From an uncultured cyanobacterium (GTDB taxonomy: Bacteria > Cyanobacteriota > Cyanobacteriia > Cyanobacteriales > CAWUOF01), in contig CAVUSO010000001.1 of the NCBI GenBank assembly GCA_963744145.1, positions 5,696,001-5,760,000 of the forward strand: 64,000 nt of DNA. Direction: 5' to 3'. Shown piece after piece: positions 49,750 to 61,794 of the stretch. The notes beneath the pieces were generated by a model. That model ran no database searches, was not told the origin of the DNA, and was given only the letters and a program-made list of their open reading frames with translations. The first letter of the stretch is position 1, and every line of letters begins with the position of its first letter. Made by a program: the position numbers and the translations under genes.

Positions 49750-52170
49750 ATGAAACAGGAACCTCGTCATCTAGGGTTACAACGCAAACATAAATTAACT
49801 AAACGACCTCAACCTCTAGCTTTACCACCATCAACTAGACCAGGACATTTAACCAACCTCACCAATATTCCTCTGACAACAGGTAAAACTCAGTGGAAAA
49901 AATTTTTAATTTCCTTGGGCATTACTACGGCTATAGTGGGAGTCATCGGTGGACTTGCTGGGGGAGCTTGGTTGAGTTTTCAACTGATTATTAATCCTGA
50001 TATCGCGATTTGGTTAAATCAATATTTACCAAACTGGACACAAATTCCCATTAATAGCATTGATCCACCGCAAAATCTGACTCAAATTTTGGCCAGTATT
50101 GAAAAAGAAGGTATGTTTCCTAGCAATTTTATCTCTCTGGAAACAACACCTCAATTACCAAATTCATCCGTAGAACCAGATGAAATCCTAGTTCCGGTTT
50201 GGACAAGACCAGAATCCAAACAAAATCAGGTAGAGTATATTGCTGAAGTTCGCATCTACCAAGCAATTAATAAGTCTTATCAGCGTTCTGATCGAGAGAA
50301 ACTTTATCGGTTAGCGATCCAAATGTCTGTAGCTGGACCAGCGGAATCATTCGTCATCGCTCCTCTAGTAACGGAAAAATCAGCCCAAGGATCAACTACC
50401 CCGTTACCTTTAACCAAAATTAATCGTTTTGAGAGTGATGCACCAAAAGTAGGAATTTGGCTGAATCTGAGCGGTCAAAAAATGATGAATGGTAAAAACG
50501 TTACCTATGGACAAGTGCTGCACTATAACCCAGGGCGATCGCATCTGAGTATGATGTTATCTTGGACCAGTCCCGCCGGTCAAGACCCCGTTTGGCAAAA
50601 CTTGACTCAGGGTGGTTTCCCTGAATTATTAATTGATCAAACCGTAGGACTAGAACCAAAATATCTGATTGCTCAACTTAAACCTCGTGATTTTCTCCCT
50701 GATCCTATCCAGCTTGAACCAATTTCTCTGTCTGAATTCGCTTTGGACGATCGCGATTATAAAAATGCTCTGCTCCTAGCTAAAGGGGGATTATGGTCTC
50801 CTGCCTTAAAATTAATGCAATCTGTCAAAGCTAAGGTAGGAGATTGGCCGACTCTAGCCCAAACCCAGCTAGAATTAATTCAATTGCACGCTAAAATTAC
50901 TCAAGGTCAAGCTCAAGCTAGTTGGTCTAGTTCTAGTCAGAAAATTCTCGCTGATTTATTTGATGGTCAGTGGTCGGTCGCTTTACAAGCATTTACCAAA
51001 GCTTTAGATGAGGGAAATAGTGAATTAGCCAATTTCCTCAAAAATGATCCCGGACGGGTAATGAAGCGAGTCGAAGTAGCTCTCCGAGTCGATTCCAGTC
51101 AAATGGAGATCAAAGCTTGGGGAGCAATTATGCTCGCAGCTCAACAAGGACAATCTGTGGCGATCGCTTGGTTACAAAAACAACCAAAAAATACTCCTCA
51201 AACTAATGATCGGATTCAAGATTTATTAGATCAACTGGAATTTGCTTTTGTTGATCTGCAAACCGCTAATCGTTCTATGAGTAAAATCGTTGGTTCGGGA
51301 TCAATAATTGGTGGAATTAATCCTGATGATTGGTTACGTCCCAAAAAGAGTGAACTATTGAAACTAGAAGGACGACAAGTTTGGTATCTAATTGAAGTGT
51401 CTAATTTTGCTGATGGAAAACGTTGGCTGAAAGCTCCTTTTACCGAATTAAGCATCCCCAAAATCTCTCCTGGGAGAATCCTGTGGAAACTCCTGGGATT
51501 AGATAAAGATGCTGAACTTCAGCTCACTAACTGGACAGTTGATGGTCAACCCCAAACCACGAGCGCTACAGTTAAAGCAATTCGTTTGCTCAATGGCTCC
51601 CTAGAATTACTAGCTTCTGGTGAAGCGATCGCCCAACCTCCTCATCTTAGCCTGACTCAATCTCGACTGTTTGGGATGACTACATCTGCACTGAAATGGT
51701 TAGAACCTGATACAGCTACAATTATTGGGTTATCTCAACAACAACCCGAATTAATTAAGGTCATCTTACCCATTTTGTGGCAAGAGTTGCAAGCGAGCGG
51801 ACAATTGCCTCCCGGTCCAACCCCTCTATGGGAAGATATATTTCAGCGAATTGGTTATTTGGCTGTGCTACCGATTGGATTGACTGGTGAGAAATCAGCG
51901 GATTTAGCCATTACTCTGCGAACTGAAGATTTAATCACGCTGAGGAATCCGTTTAATCGCTCTTCAGGTAATGATGCCTTATCTGGTCGAAGAACTGTGA
52001 TTTTTTCTGCAACCGGAAAATTGCTATACAGCGAATTTACGACAGACTCAGGGCGATCGCTGACTGGTTTTGCTGATTTAGAGGATGGCAAATTACCAGC
52101 TTTAGTAATCGCAGGAAGCGATAATTATCGTCTCCTGCGTTGGTCATCTGCTCATAGCCAATTTGAGTAG
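49750..52170 (+). CDS. Conserved cyanobacterial membrane-anchored hypothetical protein
   Basis: 806-aa ORF with a single TM segment near the N-terminus. Confidence 0.75.
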   Translation: MKQEPRHLGLQRKHKLTKRPQPLALPPSTRPGHLTNLTNIPLTTGKTQWKKFLISLGITTAIVGVIGGLAGGAWLSFQLIINPDIAIWLNQYLPNWTQIPINSIDPPQNLTQILASIEKEGMFPSNFISLETTPQLPNSSVEPDEILVPVWTRPESKQNQVEYIAEVRIYQAINKSYQRSDREKLYRLAIQMSVAGPAESFVIAPLVTEKSAQGSTTPLPLTKINRFESDAPKVGIWLNLSGQKMMNGKNVTYGQVLHYNPGRSHLSMMLSWTSPAGQDPVWQNLTQGGFPELLIDQTVGLEPKYLIAQLKPRDFLPDPIQLEPISLSEFALDDRDYKNALLLAKGGLWSPALKLMQSVKAKVGDWPTLAQTQLELIQLHAKITQGQAQASWSSSSQKILADLFDGQWSVALQAFTKALDEGNSELANFLKNDPGRVMKRVEVALRVDSSQMEIKAWGAIMLAAQQGQSVAIAWLQKQPKNTPQTNDRIQDLLDQLEFAFVDLQTANRSMSKIVGSGSIIGGINPDDWLRPKKSELLKLEGRQVWYLIEVSNFADGKRWLKAPFTELSIPKISPGRILWKLLGLDKDAELQLTNWTVDGQPQTTSATVKAIRLLNGSLELLASGEAIAQPPHLSLTQSRLFGMTTSALKWLEPDTATIIGLSQQQPELIKVILPILWQELQASGQLPPGPTPLWEDIFQRIGYLAVLPIGLTGEKSADLAITLRTEDLITLRNPFNRSSGNDALSGRRTVIFSATGKLLYSEFTTDSGRSLTGFADLEDGKLPALVIAGSDNYRLLRWSSAHSQFE

Positions 52171-52192
52171 AAGCAGAATTAAGCGCGAAAAT

Positions 52193-53251
52193 TTACTTTT
52201 GGCGGTTTAGCTGAGTGTAATATTCTTTATAGGATATATAACACTTTTCTGGATCATAAATGTGACAACGATCAGTAATTTTCTTCATTAACGCCCAAGA
52301 AAAACGGCATTCATAAAGGTAATTTTGCCAATTTTGTTGCAAACTGCGGTGAGCTAGACGCAAGTTATACCAAGGAATAGCTGTGGAAATGTGATGAGGA
52401 ATGTGAACATTAATATCGTGACAGAGGAATTCTACCCAGCGGGGGTAATCACAGTGAACTGTGCCAGTTAGCTGATTTTTGGCTTCGTGCCATTGGTCAG
52501 CGGGAAAATAGGGAATATCTGGTGCTGTATGGTGAACGAGGGTAAAGGTACTCATCCAAAAGTGATAAACCATCCAGGGAATGACCCAGAATTTAATGAC
52601 ACCCCAAATTCCTGTGGTGAGCAATAACAATGGCAAAGCGATCGTCGCAAATATGATCACAACTAAGACGGAAAACTTGACTTGCGATCGCTGTTTACCT
52701 TGAAATTGTGACCAATCAAAATGGTACATCGCCCAATGACCAATCGAACCCAACCACCAGAAACGCCCCCGTACAGATTTAAATAATGGCCGTAAAATTG
52801 GTGTTACAGTTTCATAAAATTCTGGTGCAGGAGGATTCCAAGCATTATCCACATCTAGCTTGTTCGTATGAGCATGATGGATATTATGTAGATGACGCCA
52901 GCTATGAAAAGGATAAATCAATGGTAGTAAGGTTAGATGTCCAACTAAGTCATTCACCCATTTGCGGTTAGCAAAAGAACGATGACCACAGTCGTGGGCA
53001 ATCACAAAGAATCCAGTTAATGCTGTTCCTGTAAAAATCCATAAAATCGGGAGCAAAAACCAAGGAGCGATCGCGAGCCCCCAATAGCCCAAGCCCACCA
53101 GTAAGACATTAATTAATACTGTAGCCCAGGCTTTTTGTCTCTGCTTCTGAAAACATTCTCTGGGCAGAGTTTGTAAAATATCCTTGAGTTGGAACTGGTC
53201 AGCGCTGGGGGCAGATACCAAATTCTGGGACGTGACGCTCGTTACTGTCAT
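52193..53251 (-). CDS. desA: Delta-12 acyl-lipid desaturase
   Basis: His boxes HDCGH, HNIHH, HIPHH; WMSTFTLVHHT. Confidence 0.92.
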   Translation of the reverse strand: MTVTSVTSQNLVSAPSADQFQLKDILQTLPRECFQKQRQKAWATVLINVLLVGLGYWGLAIAPWFLLPILWIFTGTALTGFFVIAHDCGHRSFANRKWVNDLVGHLTLLPLIYPFHSWRHLHNIHHAHTNKLDVDNAWNPPAPEFYETVTPILRPLFKSVRGRFWWLGSIGHWAMYHFDWSQFQGKQRSQVKFSVLVVIIFATIALPLLLLTTGIWGVIKFWVIPWMVYHFWMSTFTLVHHTAPDIPYFPADQWHEAKNQLTGTVHCDYPRWVEFLCHDINVHIPHHISTAIPWYNLRLAHRSLQQNWQNYLYECRFSWALMKKITDRCHIYDPEKCYISYKEYYTQLNRQK

Positions 53252-53662
53252 GTCGAATTACAAGCTCTCCAGTTGTTAATCGGGTTAAGTTGACGCATTA
53301 AAAAACTGCTTGCCAAGATTTAAGTAGCAGGCAGTGTGTTTAGGTTTTGTTTTAAATCTATCGGTAAGCTAGTCTAGCAGATTAACTGCTAGCACTTGTG
53401 GTCATCACAACACTGCACTGTCACAAAACCTTAATTTTTATAGCACAAGGTTGAGCATTTCTGGTTCAAACTGGACTTAAATAGAGATTTTTGCAAGAGG
53501 TTAGATAAATTTTTGACCCACAGGACATCATCAGGGCAGGGGTTTTTGCTTTCTTTAACTACAAAAATCCCGATGATGAACTTGGTCAAAATCAAAGTGA
53601 GGGCGATTTAACAGTAAATCTCGGTTGGTGTTAAAACTTGATTCTCGTCTTTTGCTTCACGA

Positions 53663-53902
53663 TTATTGATCCAGAAAGGTTGATTCTTGACGATTTTGCT
53701 TCAGAATTTGCAATTGGTGCAATAAAGATTCCACTTCTGCTTGTAGATGCAAGAATTTAACTTGCTGATCAGCTGGGTACACAGATTTCATTGATTTCAT
53801 CGGGCATTTATGGTTGCTTGATGATGGGGCAGCAGTAGCCCAGTCTTTTGATTCACTGGGTAACTCCTGGGAACTAGATAAACTCACTGAACTAATCAAC
53901 AT
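53663..53902 (-). CDS. Small hypothetical protein
   Basis: YPADQQVKFLHLQAEVESLL resembles a small cyanobacterial coiled-coil family. Confidence 0.55.
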   Translation of the reverse strand: MLISSVSLSSSQELPSESKDWATAAPSSSNHKCPMKSMKSVYPADQQVKFLHLQAEVESLLHQLQILKQNRQESTFLDQ

Positions 53903-54101
53903 CTTTAATTAGATAGTTATTTTTGCTTACTTAAACCTTTTTGCCATTGTAAACCTAATTTAACATTTAAGGTTAAACAATGTGTCGGTTTATTTACTGG
54001 CAGAAATGGACATCAATCTCCCCAAAGGAGGATCAGCGATCTGAGTATGTCAGGATAAACTAGAGTGCAGCGAAAGTCTAGATGTCTGAGATATAATTAC
54101 T

Positions 54102-55229
54102 GTGCCTTTTCATCTGTCCAATTCTGAGGCTGTTGTGGTAGATAATATGAATCAGAGCGATCGCGCCGATCGCCTCCCTTGGTCAGGTCTAATTGCGACC
54201 TATCGTCCTTATCTACCAGTCAGTGCCACCACACCGGTTGTAACTCTGTTAGAAGGTAATACTCCTCTGATTCCTGTGCCCGCGATCGCCGCACTGGTGG
54301 GGAGAAATGTGGAAGTTTTTGTTAAATATGATGGTCTTAACCCCACGGGTAGTTTTAAAGACCGGGGCATGACGATGGCGATTTCTAAAGCCAAGGAAGC
54401 TGGAGCGACAGCGGTCATCTGTGCCAGTACCGGCAACACCTCAGCTTCTGCTGCGGCTTATGCTAGAAGAGGGGGAATGCGAGCTTTTGTGCTGATTCCG
54501 GATGGTTATGTGGCGTTGGGTAAATTAGCTCAAGCTTTGCTGTATGGAGCCGAGGTTCTGGCAATTAAGGATAATTTTGACCGAGCTTTAGAAATTGTGC
54601 AAGAAATGGCTGGGAGTTATCCCGTTACCTTGGTTAACTCAGTGAATCCTTTTCGTCTGGAAGGTCAAAAAACTGCGGCTTTTGAAATTGTCGATGTTTT
54701 GGGTAATGCTCCTGATTGGCTTTGTATTCCTGTTGGTAATGCCGGCAATATCACAGCATACTGGATGGGATTTTGTCAATACCATCAAGTGGGAAAATGC
54801 GATCGCTTACCCCGGATGATGGGATTTCAAGCGGCTGGGGCTGCCCCCTTGGTGACTGGACATCCCGTTGCCCATCCAGAAACGATCGCGACAGCGATTC
54901 GGATTGGTAATCCCGCTAGTTGGCAATTGGCTGTAGCAGCCCAGCAAGCTAGTCAAGGGGAATTTAATGCGGTAACTGATGAGGAAATTCTCGACGCTTA
55001 TCGTCTCCTTGCTAGTAAAGAAGGGATTTTCTGTGAACCTGCTTCTGCTGCTTCGATCGCTGGATTACTGAAAGTTAAAGATCAAGTTCCCAGTAATGCT
55101 AGGGTGGTTTGTGTCTTGACGGGTAATGGTCTGAAAGACCCAGATACAGCAATTACACATAGTCATAACCAATTTAAGCAGGGGATTGCCCCGGAATTAT
55201 TGGCGGTAGCTGGAGCAATGGGGTTTTAG
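54102..55229 (+). CDS. thrC: Threonine synthase (start uncertain)
   Basis: [33 protein letters not shown]. Confidence 0.95.
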   Translation: MPFHLSNSEAVVVDNMNQSDRADRLPWSGLIATYRPYLPVSATTPVVTLLEGNTPLIPVPAIAALVGRNVEVFVKYDGLNPTGSFKDRGMTMAISKAKEAGATAVICASTGNTSASAAAYARRGGMRAFVLIPDGYVALGKLAQALLYGAEVLAIKDNFDRALEIVQEMAGSYPVTLVNSVNPFRLEGQKTAAFEIVDVLGNAPDWLCIPVGNAGNITAYWMGFCQYHQVGKCDRLPRMMGFQAAGAAPLVTGHPVAHPETIATAIRIGNPASWQLAVAAQQASQGEFNAVTDEEILDAYRLLASKEGIFCEPASAASIAGLLKVKDQVPSNARVVCVLTGNGLKDPDTAITHSHNQFKQGIAPELLAVAGAMGF

Positions 55230-55755
55230 CTTCGGGCAGTTGTTTGGGAGAAAGATGGGGTTCTGGGAGCGGAGTTGAATGAGGAGTAGGTGTGGGGAGG
55301 AGATCATCGGGTTTAATTTCACGAGTACCTCGTCCCTTGGCAAACTGTTCAATCGCATCTCCCAACGCTATGGTTAAGCTAGTCCGAGTTTGAGCGTGAT
55401 TTTGTTGTTCAGTCACTAAAGCCTGAGCTAAGCGATCGCGCTCTTGTAAAACTGTGCTTAATTTAGCCTGTAAAGCTTCTACCGTGAGCAATGATGCTAG
55501 CTCTGACTCAGGTTGATTGGTTTCCTCTAGGGTCGCTGGAGTCAGACCTCGCAGTTGTTGGATTTCGACCTTGAGCGCATCAATAGCATCTTTGGCTAAC
55601 TTAGTCTCGGTTCGACGCTGCTCGGCTTCTTTATTATAAAGTTCCCGCCAATCAGCCTCCTTTGTTCTGGCTGCATCGCGATCGCGATAAGCTTGGGCTA
55701 ATTGTTGTTGTAAGGATTTAATTTCTGCCAACCATTGAATAACTTCTTGGGTCAT
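55174..55755 (-). CDS. Coiled-coil hypothetical protein; 3' end overlaps thrC
   Basis: QWLAEIKSL.., [28 protein letters not shown]. Confidence 0.75.
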   Translation of the reverse strand: MTQEVIQWLAEIKSLQQQLAQAYRDRDAARTKEADWRELYNKEAEQRRTETKLAKDAIDALKVEIQQLRGLTPATLEETNQPESELASLLTVEALQAKLSTVLQERDRLAQALVTEQQNHAQTRTSLTIALGDAIEQFAKGRGTREIKPDDLLPTPTPHSTPLPEPHLSPKQLPEAKTPLLQLPPIIPGQSPA

Positions 55756-55825
55756 TGATTACTGCTCCCTATTTTCCCGCTATCCAAAATGACAATGCTG
55801 AGTCATTTTTATCGTAATCAGAATT

Positions 55826-56797
55826 TTGCTCATGCAGATCATGAAATTTCTGTTCCGCTTTTTCCGTTTCTTTCTCTATGTTAATTGGAAGACACTGCGG
55901 GAAGTTGTTGATCGTATTAATAAGCAACGCTTATCTGGGTTATCTTCCGAGATCGCTTATAACTCTATTCTCGCCCTTTTTCCGGCCCTAGTAGCTCTTT
56001 TAGCAGCGATCGGTCTATTTGAATATTTGCAATCTGCTCTTTACCAACTAGCTGATCCCTTTACTGATGTTGTCCCCGAAGGAATTCAGGATCTCATTCA
56101 AAGTTTTTTTTCAGAAATTACCAGCAATAGTAACCAAGGACTATTTTCTTTAAGTTTTATTGCTTCCCTTTGGGCTTTTTCCAGTGCAATTAGTGCCACC
56201 ATGGCAGCATTGGATCAAATTCATCAAGTCCCTAGCATCCAAAGTCGTCCTTTTTGGAAATCGAAACTGGTTGCTCTTGGACTAAGTATTGGCACAATTG
56301 TTCTCCTGATCTCGGCCTCAGCTCTAGTATTCATTAGTGATATAATCGTCAAAATCTTAGCCCGTAAAAGTTGTTTAGTAGACTCTCTCACGCAATGTCA
56401 GTTAATGTCACTTCAAAATTGCCATCCCGCAATAGTTCACCATTGCGATTTAGCAGAACAATTACTGGCTGTCTGGCAACTTTGGATTTGGCCCATAACC
56501 TTCGGGATTGTGGCTGTGGCTTTTGCTTTTATTTATTATTGGGGACCTAGTCGTCGTCTTAGGGGAACTCCGATTATGCCCGGAGCCATTTTAGCCGCGA
56601 TCTCTTGGGCCGGAATTTCCCGTTTATTTCGTTTATATGTCGAGAACTTTGCTAACTATAATCGGACTTATGGTGCGATCGGTACGGTAATTATTTTACT
56701 CTTATGGCTTTATCTTAGTGCGTTAGTGATGCTGATTGGTGCCCAGCTCAATGTGACAGTTGGTCGTGCAATGCAACGCGATCGAACTCAAAAATAA
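55826..56797 (+). CDS. YihY/virulence factor BrkB family membrane protein
   Basis: LALFP, YNRTYGAIG..IILLLWLY....LIGAQLN. Confidence 0.9.
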   Translation: MLMQIMKFLFRFFRFFLYVNWKTLREVVDRINKQRLSGLSSEIAYNSILALFPALVALLAAIGLFEYLQSALYQLADPFTDVVPEGIQDLIQSFFSEITSNSNQGLFSLSFIASLWAFSSAISATMAALDQIHQVPSIQSRPFWKSKLVALGLSIGTIVLLISASALVFISDIIVKILARKSCLVDSLTQCQLMSLQNCHPAIVHHCDLAEQLLAVWQLWIWPITFGIVAVAFAFIYYWGPSRRLRGTPIMPGAILAAISWAGISRLFRLYVENFANYNRTYGAIGTVIILLLWLYLSALVMLIGAQLNVTVGRAMQRDRTQK

Positions 56798-56969
56798 TTG
56801 CTCGACACTTTGGCTGTTAGATGATAAAATCCGGTTTTAATAGCTAATCTTGCTGATTCTGACCTACTGCTAAGCGTGCTGATCGCGTTTTCAGATTAAA
56901 TTGCAGTTTTGTTGTCGTTGTGAAATTCAGCACTAGACAATATAAAAAATGCAGGGAGTATCATAAAAA

Positions 56970-58355
56970 ATGTATAAAGCCACCGAGAAAACCAGAATTC
57001 ATGATGACCAAAAAAATCAGCTATGGCAAGAGGTAGAAACTGTTTTAAATCAACATCATTGGTTAGAAATTACTGAATATATTTCTCTAGCTGGCTCTGC
57101 GGTTGGTTCCCTAGTTGCCTTGTTATCTCAACAGGTATTCTATGCTTCTGCACCTCTTACCGTAGCACTCTCACTGAATTTAATTAATCGTTATCGTTGG
57201 GAAAAAAAGCCAGAAAAAAATCAGCCTCCCCGTCCTCAAATTGAACAGGTATTACCACCATCTCCCCCCAAAACTCCAGTCTTATTTCATCCGGTAGAAA
57301 CCTTCGATCCAGCAGACTTTGATCATACGGATCTGGGAGAAGTTCAGCGTTCCGTTGCAGATAACCGCGAAAGTACAGTAGCTGGAATATTGGAAGTTCG
57401 TCAGCAACTAAGTAGAGAAATTGAAAATTTGCGAGTCCAAGTGCAAACTTTGTCTCTGTCTGAGCGAGTTGATCTGAGTGGAATTGATGAATCCATTGTA
57501 AAATTAGGCAAAGCGATCGCCCATCTCAAACGGGAAAATCGTCAGACCGTGATGCCCTATTTGGTCAAAATGGGAACCGCGATTCATAAATTACAACAAT
57601 ATCAAAAAACTTCCGAATTGTCAACTATTTCTTTGCAAGATGCGATCGCCAAATTACGTCAAGAATTAGATGAGTTAGCACAACAACGTGCTACAATAAA
57701 TCCCGCCGGATCACCCACGGAAATAGAAGCTTTAGTGGCTGAATCAGTCCAAGGTTGGGTAGAAGAAATTAGTCAACAATTAAAGGACATTAAAACTCAT
57801 AATTATGATTTGATTCTGGAACGCGATCGCTCAAGAGCATTGATGATTGAAGCTCTTTTAAATGCAGAAGAGCAAGTAATTATAGTTAGTCCCTGGTTGA
57901 AACAGCGTGCATTTAAAAAAGATAATTTACTCGACCAAATTGAAGCAGCTTTAAAACGGAATATTCGGGTGCGAATTGGTTGGGGTTATGGGGAAGATAT
58001 TGGGTTAGAAACAGACCAAGAAAAATTAATTACCATCAATAATCGTCAGTGGTTTTATCACAAAAATCGAGATGAATTACTTAAATATGCTGCTTTGGGT
58101 GATTTGTTACAATTAAAGCAAACTTATCCCAATCAACTAGTGCTGAAACTTTTAGGGACCAAGGAGAATTTTTTAATTTGCGATTCATCGAAAAACGGAA
58201 TTCGCTCTCCCCATGCTTTTGCTTGGTTGGGGACCCATAGTTTACTAGGAGCAGATGGGGATAGTGGACAACCGGAAATTGGACTTTATACCACAGACCC
58301 AGGAATTATTGCCGAATTAATCTATTCTTTTGAAAAAGCAAAAATGCACAGATAG
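56970..58355 (+). CDS. Membrane coiled-coil protein with degenerate C-terminal PLD-like domain
   Basis: IIVSPWL, IGWG, LGTKENFLICD, GTHSLL, EIG. Confidence 0.7.
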   Translation: MYKATEKTRIHDDQKNQLWQEVETVLNQHHWLEITEYISLAGSAVGSLVALLSQQVFYASAPLTVALSLNLINRYRWEKKPEKNQPPRPQIEQVLPPSPPKTPVLFHPVETFDPADFDHTDLGEVQRSVADNRESTVAGILEVRQQLSREIENLRVQVQTLSLSERVDLSGIDESIVKLGKAIAHLKRENRQTVMPYLVKMGTAIHKLQQYQKTSELSTISLQDAIAKLRQELDELAQQRATINPAGSPTEIEALVAESVQGWVEEISQQLKDIKTHNYDLILERDRSRALMIEALLNAEEQVIIVSPWLKQRAFKKDNLLDQIEAALKRNIRVRIGWGYGEDIGLETDQEKLITINNRQWFYHKNRDELLKYAALGDLLQLKQTYPNQLVLKLLGTKENFLICDSSKNGIRSPHAFAWLGTHSLLGADGDSGQPEIGLYTTDPGIIAELIYSFEKAKMHR

Positions 58356-58420
58356 GATTTGGGTCAAGTTAAAAGCAGCGACAGCAAATAATTAGGTGAA
58401 GACCACAGGTAAAAATAATT

Positions 58421-60334
58421 ATGATAGGTGATGGGATCAAAGCATGGATAGCCAGATCTAAGCATAGATCAGCAGTAACCGGGATGCTGACCGGAGCATG
58501 GATTATCGCTCAAGGAATATTACCTTTAGCTCCAGCGATCGCTGATCCACCTCGGACGGGGATGAGTTATAGTGAGTTATTGCAAAAAATTGATGCTGGT
58601 AAAGTTGCGAAAATTGAGATTGACCCAGCAACCAGAATCGCGAGAGTACAGTTAGAAGGTCAAAAGAAAAGTGAACCTTTAAAAGAGGTGACACTGTTTG
58701 AACAATACTCCGAGCTATTACAAAAAATTCGCGAAAAAAATCGCAATGGAGAAGAAATTCAAGTTGATGTGCGACCATCTGCTGATAACAGTGTAGCAGT
58801 TCAGTATTTGGCTAATTTTCTGCTGATCTTACTGGTAATTGGTGCATTGATGATGATTTTACGTCGCTCAACTAATGCTTCTAATCAAGCAATGAATTTT
58901 GGTAAATCCCGAGCGAGATTCCAGATGGAAGCAAAAACTGGGGTCATGTTTGATGATGTCGCTGGAATTGAAGAAGCAAAAGAAGAGCTTCAAGAAGTAG
59001 TTTCCTTCTTGAAAAAACCCGAAAAATTTACAGCGATCGGTGCAAAAATTCCCAAGGGAGTCTTGTTAGTGGGTCCACCAGGAACCGGAAAAACCCTCTT
59101 AGCAAAAGCGATCGCAGGGGAAGCAGGTGTACCTTTTTTTAGTATCTCCGGTTCAGAATTTGTCGAAATGTTTGTGGGAGTGGGAGCTTCACGAGTTCGG
59201 GATTTGTTCAAAAAAGCTAAAGAAAACTCACCCTGTATTATTTTTATTGATGAAATTGATGCTGTGGGTCGTCAACGGGGTGCTGGAATTGGTGGTGGTA
59301 ATGATGAACGAGAACAAACTCTCAACCAGTTACTCACCGAAATGGATGGATTTGAAGGGAATGTCGGAATTATCATTATTGCAGCAACCAACCGTCCCGA
59401 TGTATTGGATACAGCTCTATTACGTCCAGGAAGATTTGACCGACAGGTAATGGTAGATTTACCAGGGTATAAAGGGAGACTGGGAATTTTACAAGTTCAT
59501 GCTCGGAATAAAAAATTAGCTGAAGATGTATCAATTGAAGCGATCGCTCGAAGAACTCCTGGATTTTCCGGTGCTGATTTAGCTAATTTGCTAAATGAAG
59601 CAGCAATTTTAACTGCTCGTCGTCGTAAAGATGCAATTACTCCTTTGGAAATTGACGATGCAATCGATCGGGTGACTATTGGTTTAACTTTGACACCCTT
59701 ATTGGATAGTAAGAAAAAGCGATTAATTGCTTATCACGAAGTTGGTCATGCTTTGTTAATGACTTTGTTGAAAAACTCTGATCCCTTAAATAAAGTAACA
59801 ATTATTCCTCGTTCCGGAGGTGTGGGTGGTTTTGCTCAACAAATCTTTAATGAAGAAATGGTTGATAGTGGACTGTATAGTCGCGCTTGGATTTTAGACC
59901 AAATTACCATTTTATTAGGGGGAAGAGCCGCAGAAACTGTAGTATTTGGGGAAGCAGAAGTAACAGCAGGAGCAAGTAGTGATATTAAAGGAGTAGCGAC
60001 TTTAGCACGGGAAATGGTAACTCGTTATGGAATGTCTGATTTAGGACCAGTTGCTTTAGAAGGATCGGGTCAGGAAGTATTTCTAGGTAAAGACTGGATG
60101 GCTCGTTCCGAGTATTCTGAAGAAGTAGCTACTAAAATTGATCAAGAAGTACGAGCGATCGCTTTTCGTTGTTATGAACAAGCTTGTCAGTTAGTTCGGG
60201 AGAATCGCGTGCTGTTAGATACATTAGTCGATCTATTATTAGAACAGGAAACCATTGAGGGAGATCAATTTCGGAAAATTGCAGCAGAATATGTAGAACT
60301 ACCGGAAAAGCAACTTAATTCTTTATTCAGTTAA
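58421..60334 (+). CDS. ftsH: ATP-dependent zinc metalloprotease FtsH
   Basis: [35 protein letters not shown]. Confidence 0.97.
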   Translation: MIGDGIKAWIARSKHRSAVTGMLTGAWIIAQGILPLAPAIADPPRTGMSYSELLQKIDAGKVAKIEIDPATRIARVQLEGQKKSEPLKEVTLFEQYSELLQKIREKNRNGEEIQVDVRPSADNSVAVQYLANFLLILLVIGALMMILRRSTNASNQAMNFGKSRARFQMEAKTGVMFDDVAGIEEAKEELQEVVSFLKKPEKFTAIGAKIPKGVLLVGPPGTGKTLLAKAIAGEAGVPFFSISGSEFVEMFVGVGASRVRDLFKKAKENSPCIIFIDEIDAVGRQRGAGIGGGNDEREQTLNQLLTEMDGFEGNVGIIIIAATNRPDVLDTALLRPGRFDRQVMVDLPGYKGRLGILQVHARNKKLAEDVSIEAIARRTPGFSGADLANLLNEAAILTARRRKDAITPLEIDDAIDRVTIGLTLTPLLDSKKKRLIAYHEVGHALLMTLLKNSDPLNKVTIIPRSGGVGGFAQQIFNEEMVDSGLYSRAWILDQITILLGGRAAETVVFGEAEVTAGASSDIKGVATLAREMVTRYGMSDLGPVALEGSGQEVFLGKDWMARSEYSEEVATKIDQEVRAIAFRCYEQACQLVRENRVLLDTLVDLLLEQETIEGDQFRKIAAEYVELPEKQLNSLFS

Positions 60335-61145
60335 CCGTAGGGGCGAAGCATTCGGGCGACAATGGAACAATCAAACCAGTAAAATCATATCCGAATGCTT
60401 CGCCCAGCTGCACCGATATCCCCAAAATACTCTTAATTCTTAATTCAGTCAACCGTAGGGGCGAAGCATTCGGGCGACAATGGAACAATCAAACCAGTAA
60501 AATCATATCCGAATGCTTCGCCCTGCTGCGCCGATATCCCCAAAATACTCTTAATTCTTGATTCAATTAACCGTAGGGGCGAAGCATTCGGGCGACAATG
60601 GAACAATCAAACCAGTAAAATCATATCCGAATGCTTCGCCCAGCTGCACCGATATCCCCAAAATACTCTTAATTCTTAATTCAGTCAACCGTAGGGGCGA
60701 AGCATTCGGGCGACAATGGAACAATCAAACCAGTAAAATCATATCCGAATACTTCGCCCAGCTGCACCGATATCCCCAAAATACTCTTAATTCTTGATTC
60801 AATTAACCGTAGGGGCGAAGCATTCGGGCGACAATGGAACAATCAAACCAGTAAAATCATATCCGAATGCTTCGCCCAGCTGCACCGATATCCCCAAAAT
60901 ACTCTTAATTCTTAATTCAGTCAACCGTAGGGGCGAAGCATTCGGGCGACAATGGAACAATCAAACCAGTAAAATCATATCCGAATGCTTCGCCCAGCTG
61001 CACCGATATCCCCAAAATACTCTTAATTCTTGATTCAGTCAACCGTAGGGGCGAAGCATTCGGGCGACAATTAAACAATCAAACCAATAAAATCATATCC
61101 GAATGCTTCGCCCAGCTTCGCCGATATCCCCAAAATATTCTTAAC
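60314..61145. repeat. Tandem array of seven ~118-bp REP-like palindromic units
   Basis: AACCGTAGGGGCGAAGCATTCGG..CCGAATGCTTCGCCC units start at 60333, 60451, 60569, 60687, 60805, 60923, 61041. Confidence 0.95.
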
Positions 61146-61152
61146 TAATTTC

Positions 61153-61794
61153 CTAACGTCTAGAAATTGATGATCCAGAATTAATTTGGTCTGCGTACAT
61201 AGCACGAAGAACCATAGCTGGATCTACCCATTGACTAGCATATCTTAAACCCCAGTGGAGGTGAGGTCCAGTAGTCCGACCAGTCATTCCCACACGAGCA
61301 ATTCTCGTCCCAGCTGGGACCACTTCACCTTCCCAAGTTTGAATTCCCCCATTCCGATCGACCAGAGCGAGTTTACCGTCAGCTTTAGTTACCTGTCCAG
61401 AGATATGACAATAAATATGTTCCCACGGACCAGATTGAATTACTAATCCATTACCACAGCGATCGTCTTCAATAACTTCAACGACTTTACCACTCCACCA
61501 GTTACGAATATAACTACCTTCTGGTGCAGCTAAATCTAATCCATAATGAAATTCTCCATAACCCCTTGGACCAAAGGGAGATGTATACTCTTGAAAGTTT
61601 TCGACTGGAAAAGACGCACCTCTCCAACTACTACGGGTCGAAACTTGATAATTTTGTGCTTCTTGAGCATTGACAACTTGTTTTTGAGCAGGGATGCTAA
61701 GTACAAATACTAAACTTAATCCGGTCAATAGCAGTAATTTAGTAGATCTAATCAAGTTTTTGGAGGTGTCCATCGGTCTAAACTTTTGCTTCAT
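61153..61794 (-). CDS. M23 family metallopeptidase
   Basis: HYGLD, YCH, TTGPHLHWG; signal peptide. Confidence 0.9.
   Translation of the reverse strand: MKQKFRPMDTSKNLIRSTKLLLLTGLSLVFVLSIPAQKQVVNAQEAQNYQVSTRSSWRGASFPVENFQEYTSPFGPRGYGEFHYGLDLAAPEGSYIRNWWSGKVVEVIEDDRCGNGLVIQSGPWEHIYCHISGQVTKADGKLALVDRNGGIQTWEGEVVPAGTRIARVGMTGRTTGPHLHWGLRYASQWVDPAMVLRAMYADQINSGSSISRR

Noticed and set aside
60314..61145. CRISPR array, or the two 79-aa ORFs at 60558-61033
   Set aside because: Units are near-identical along their full length with no unique spacers and no cas genes; the ORFs are by-products of the repeat period
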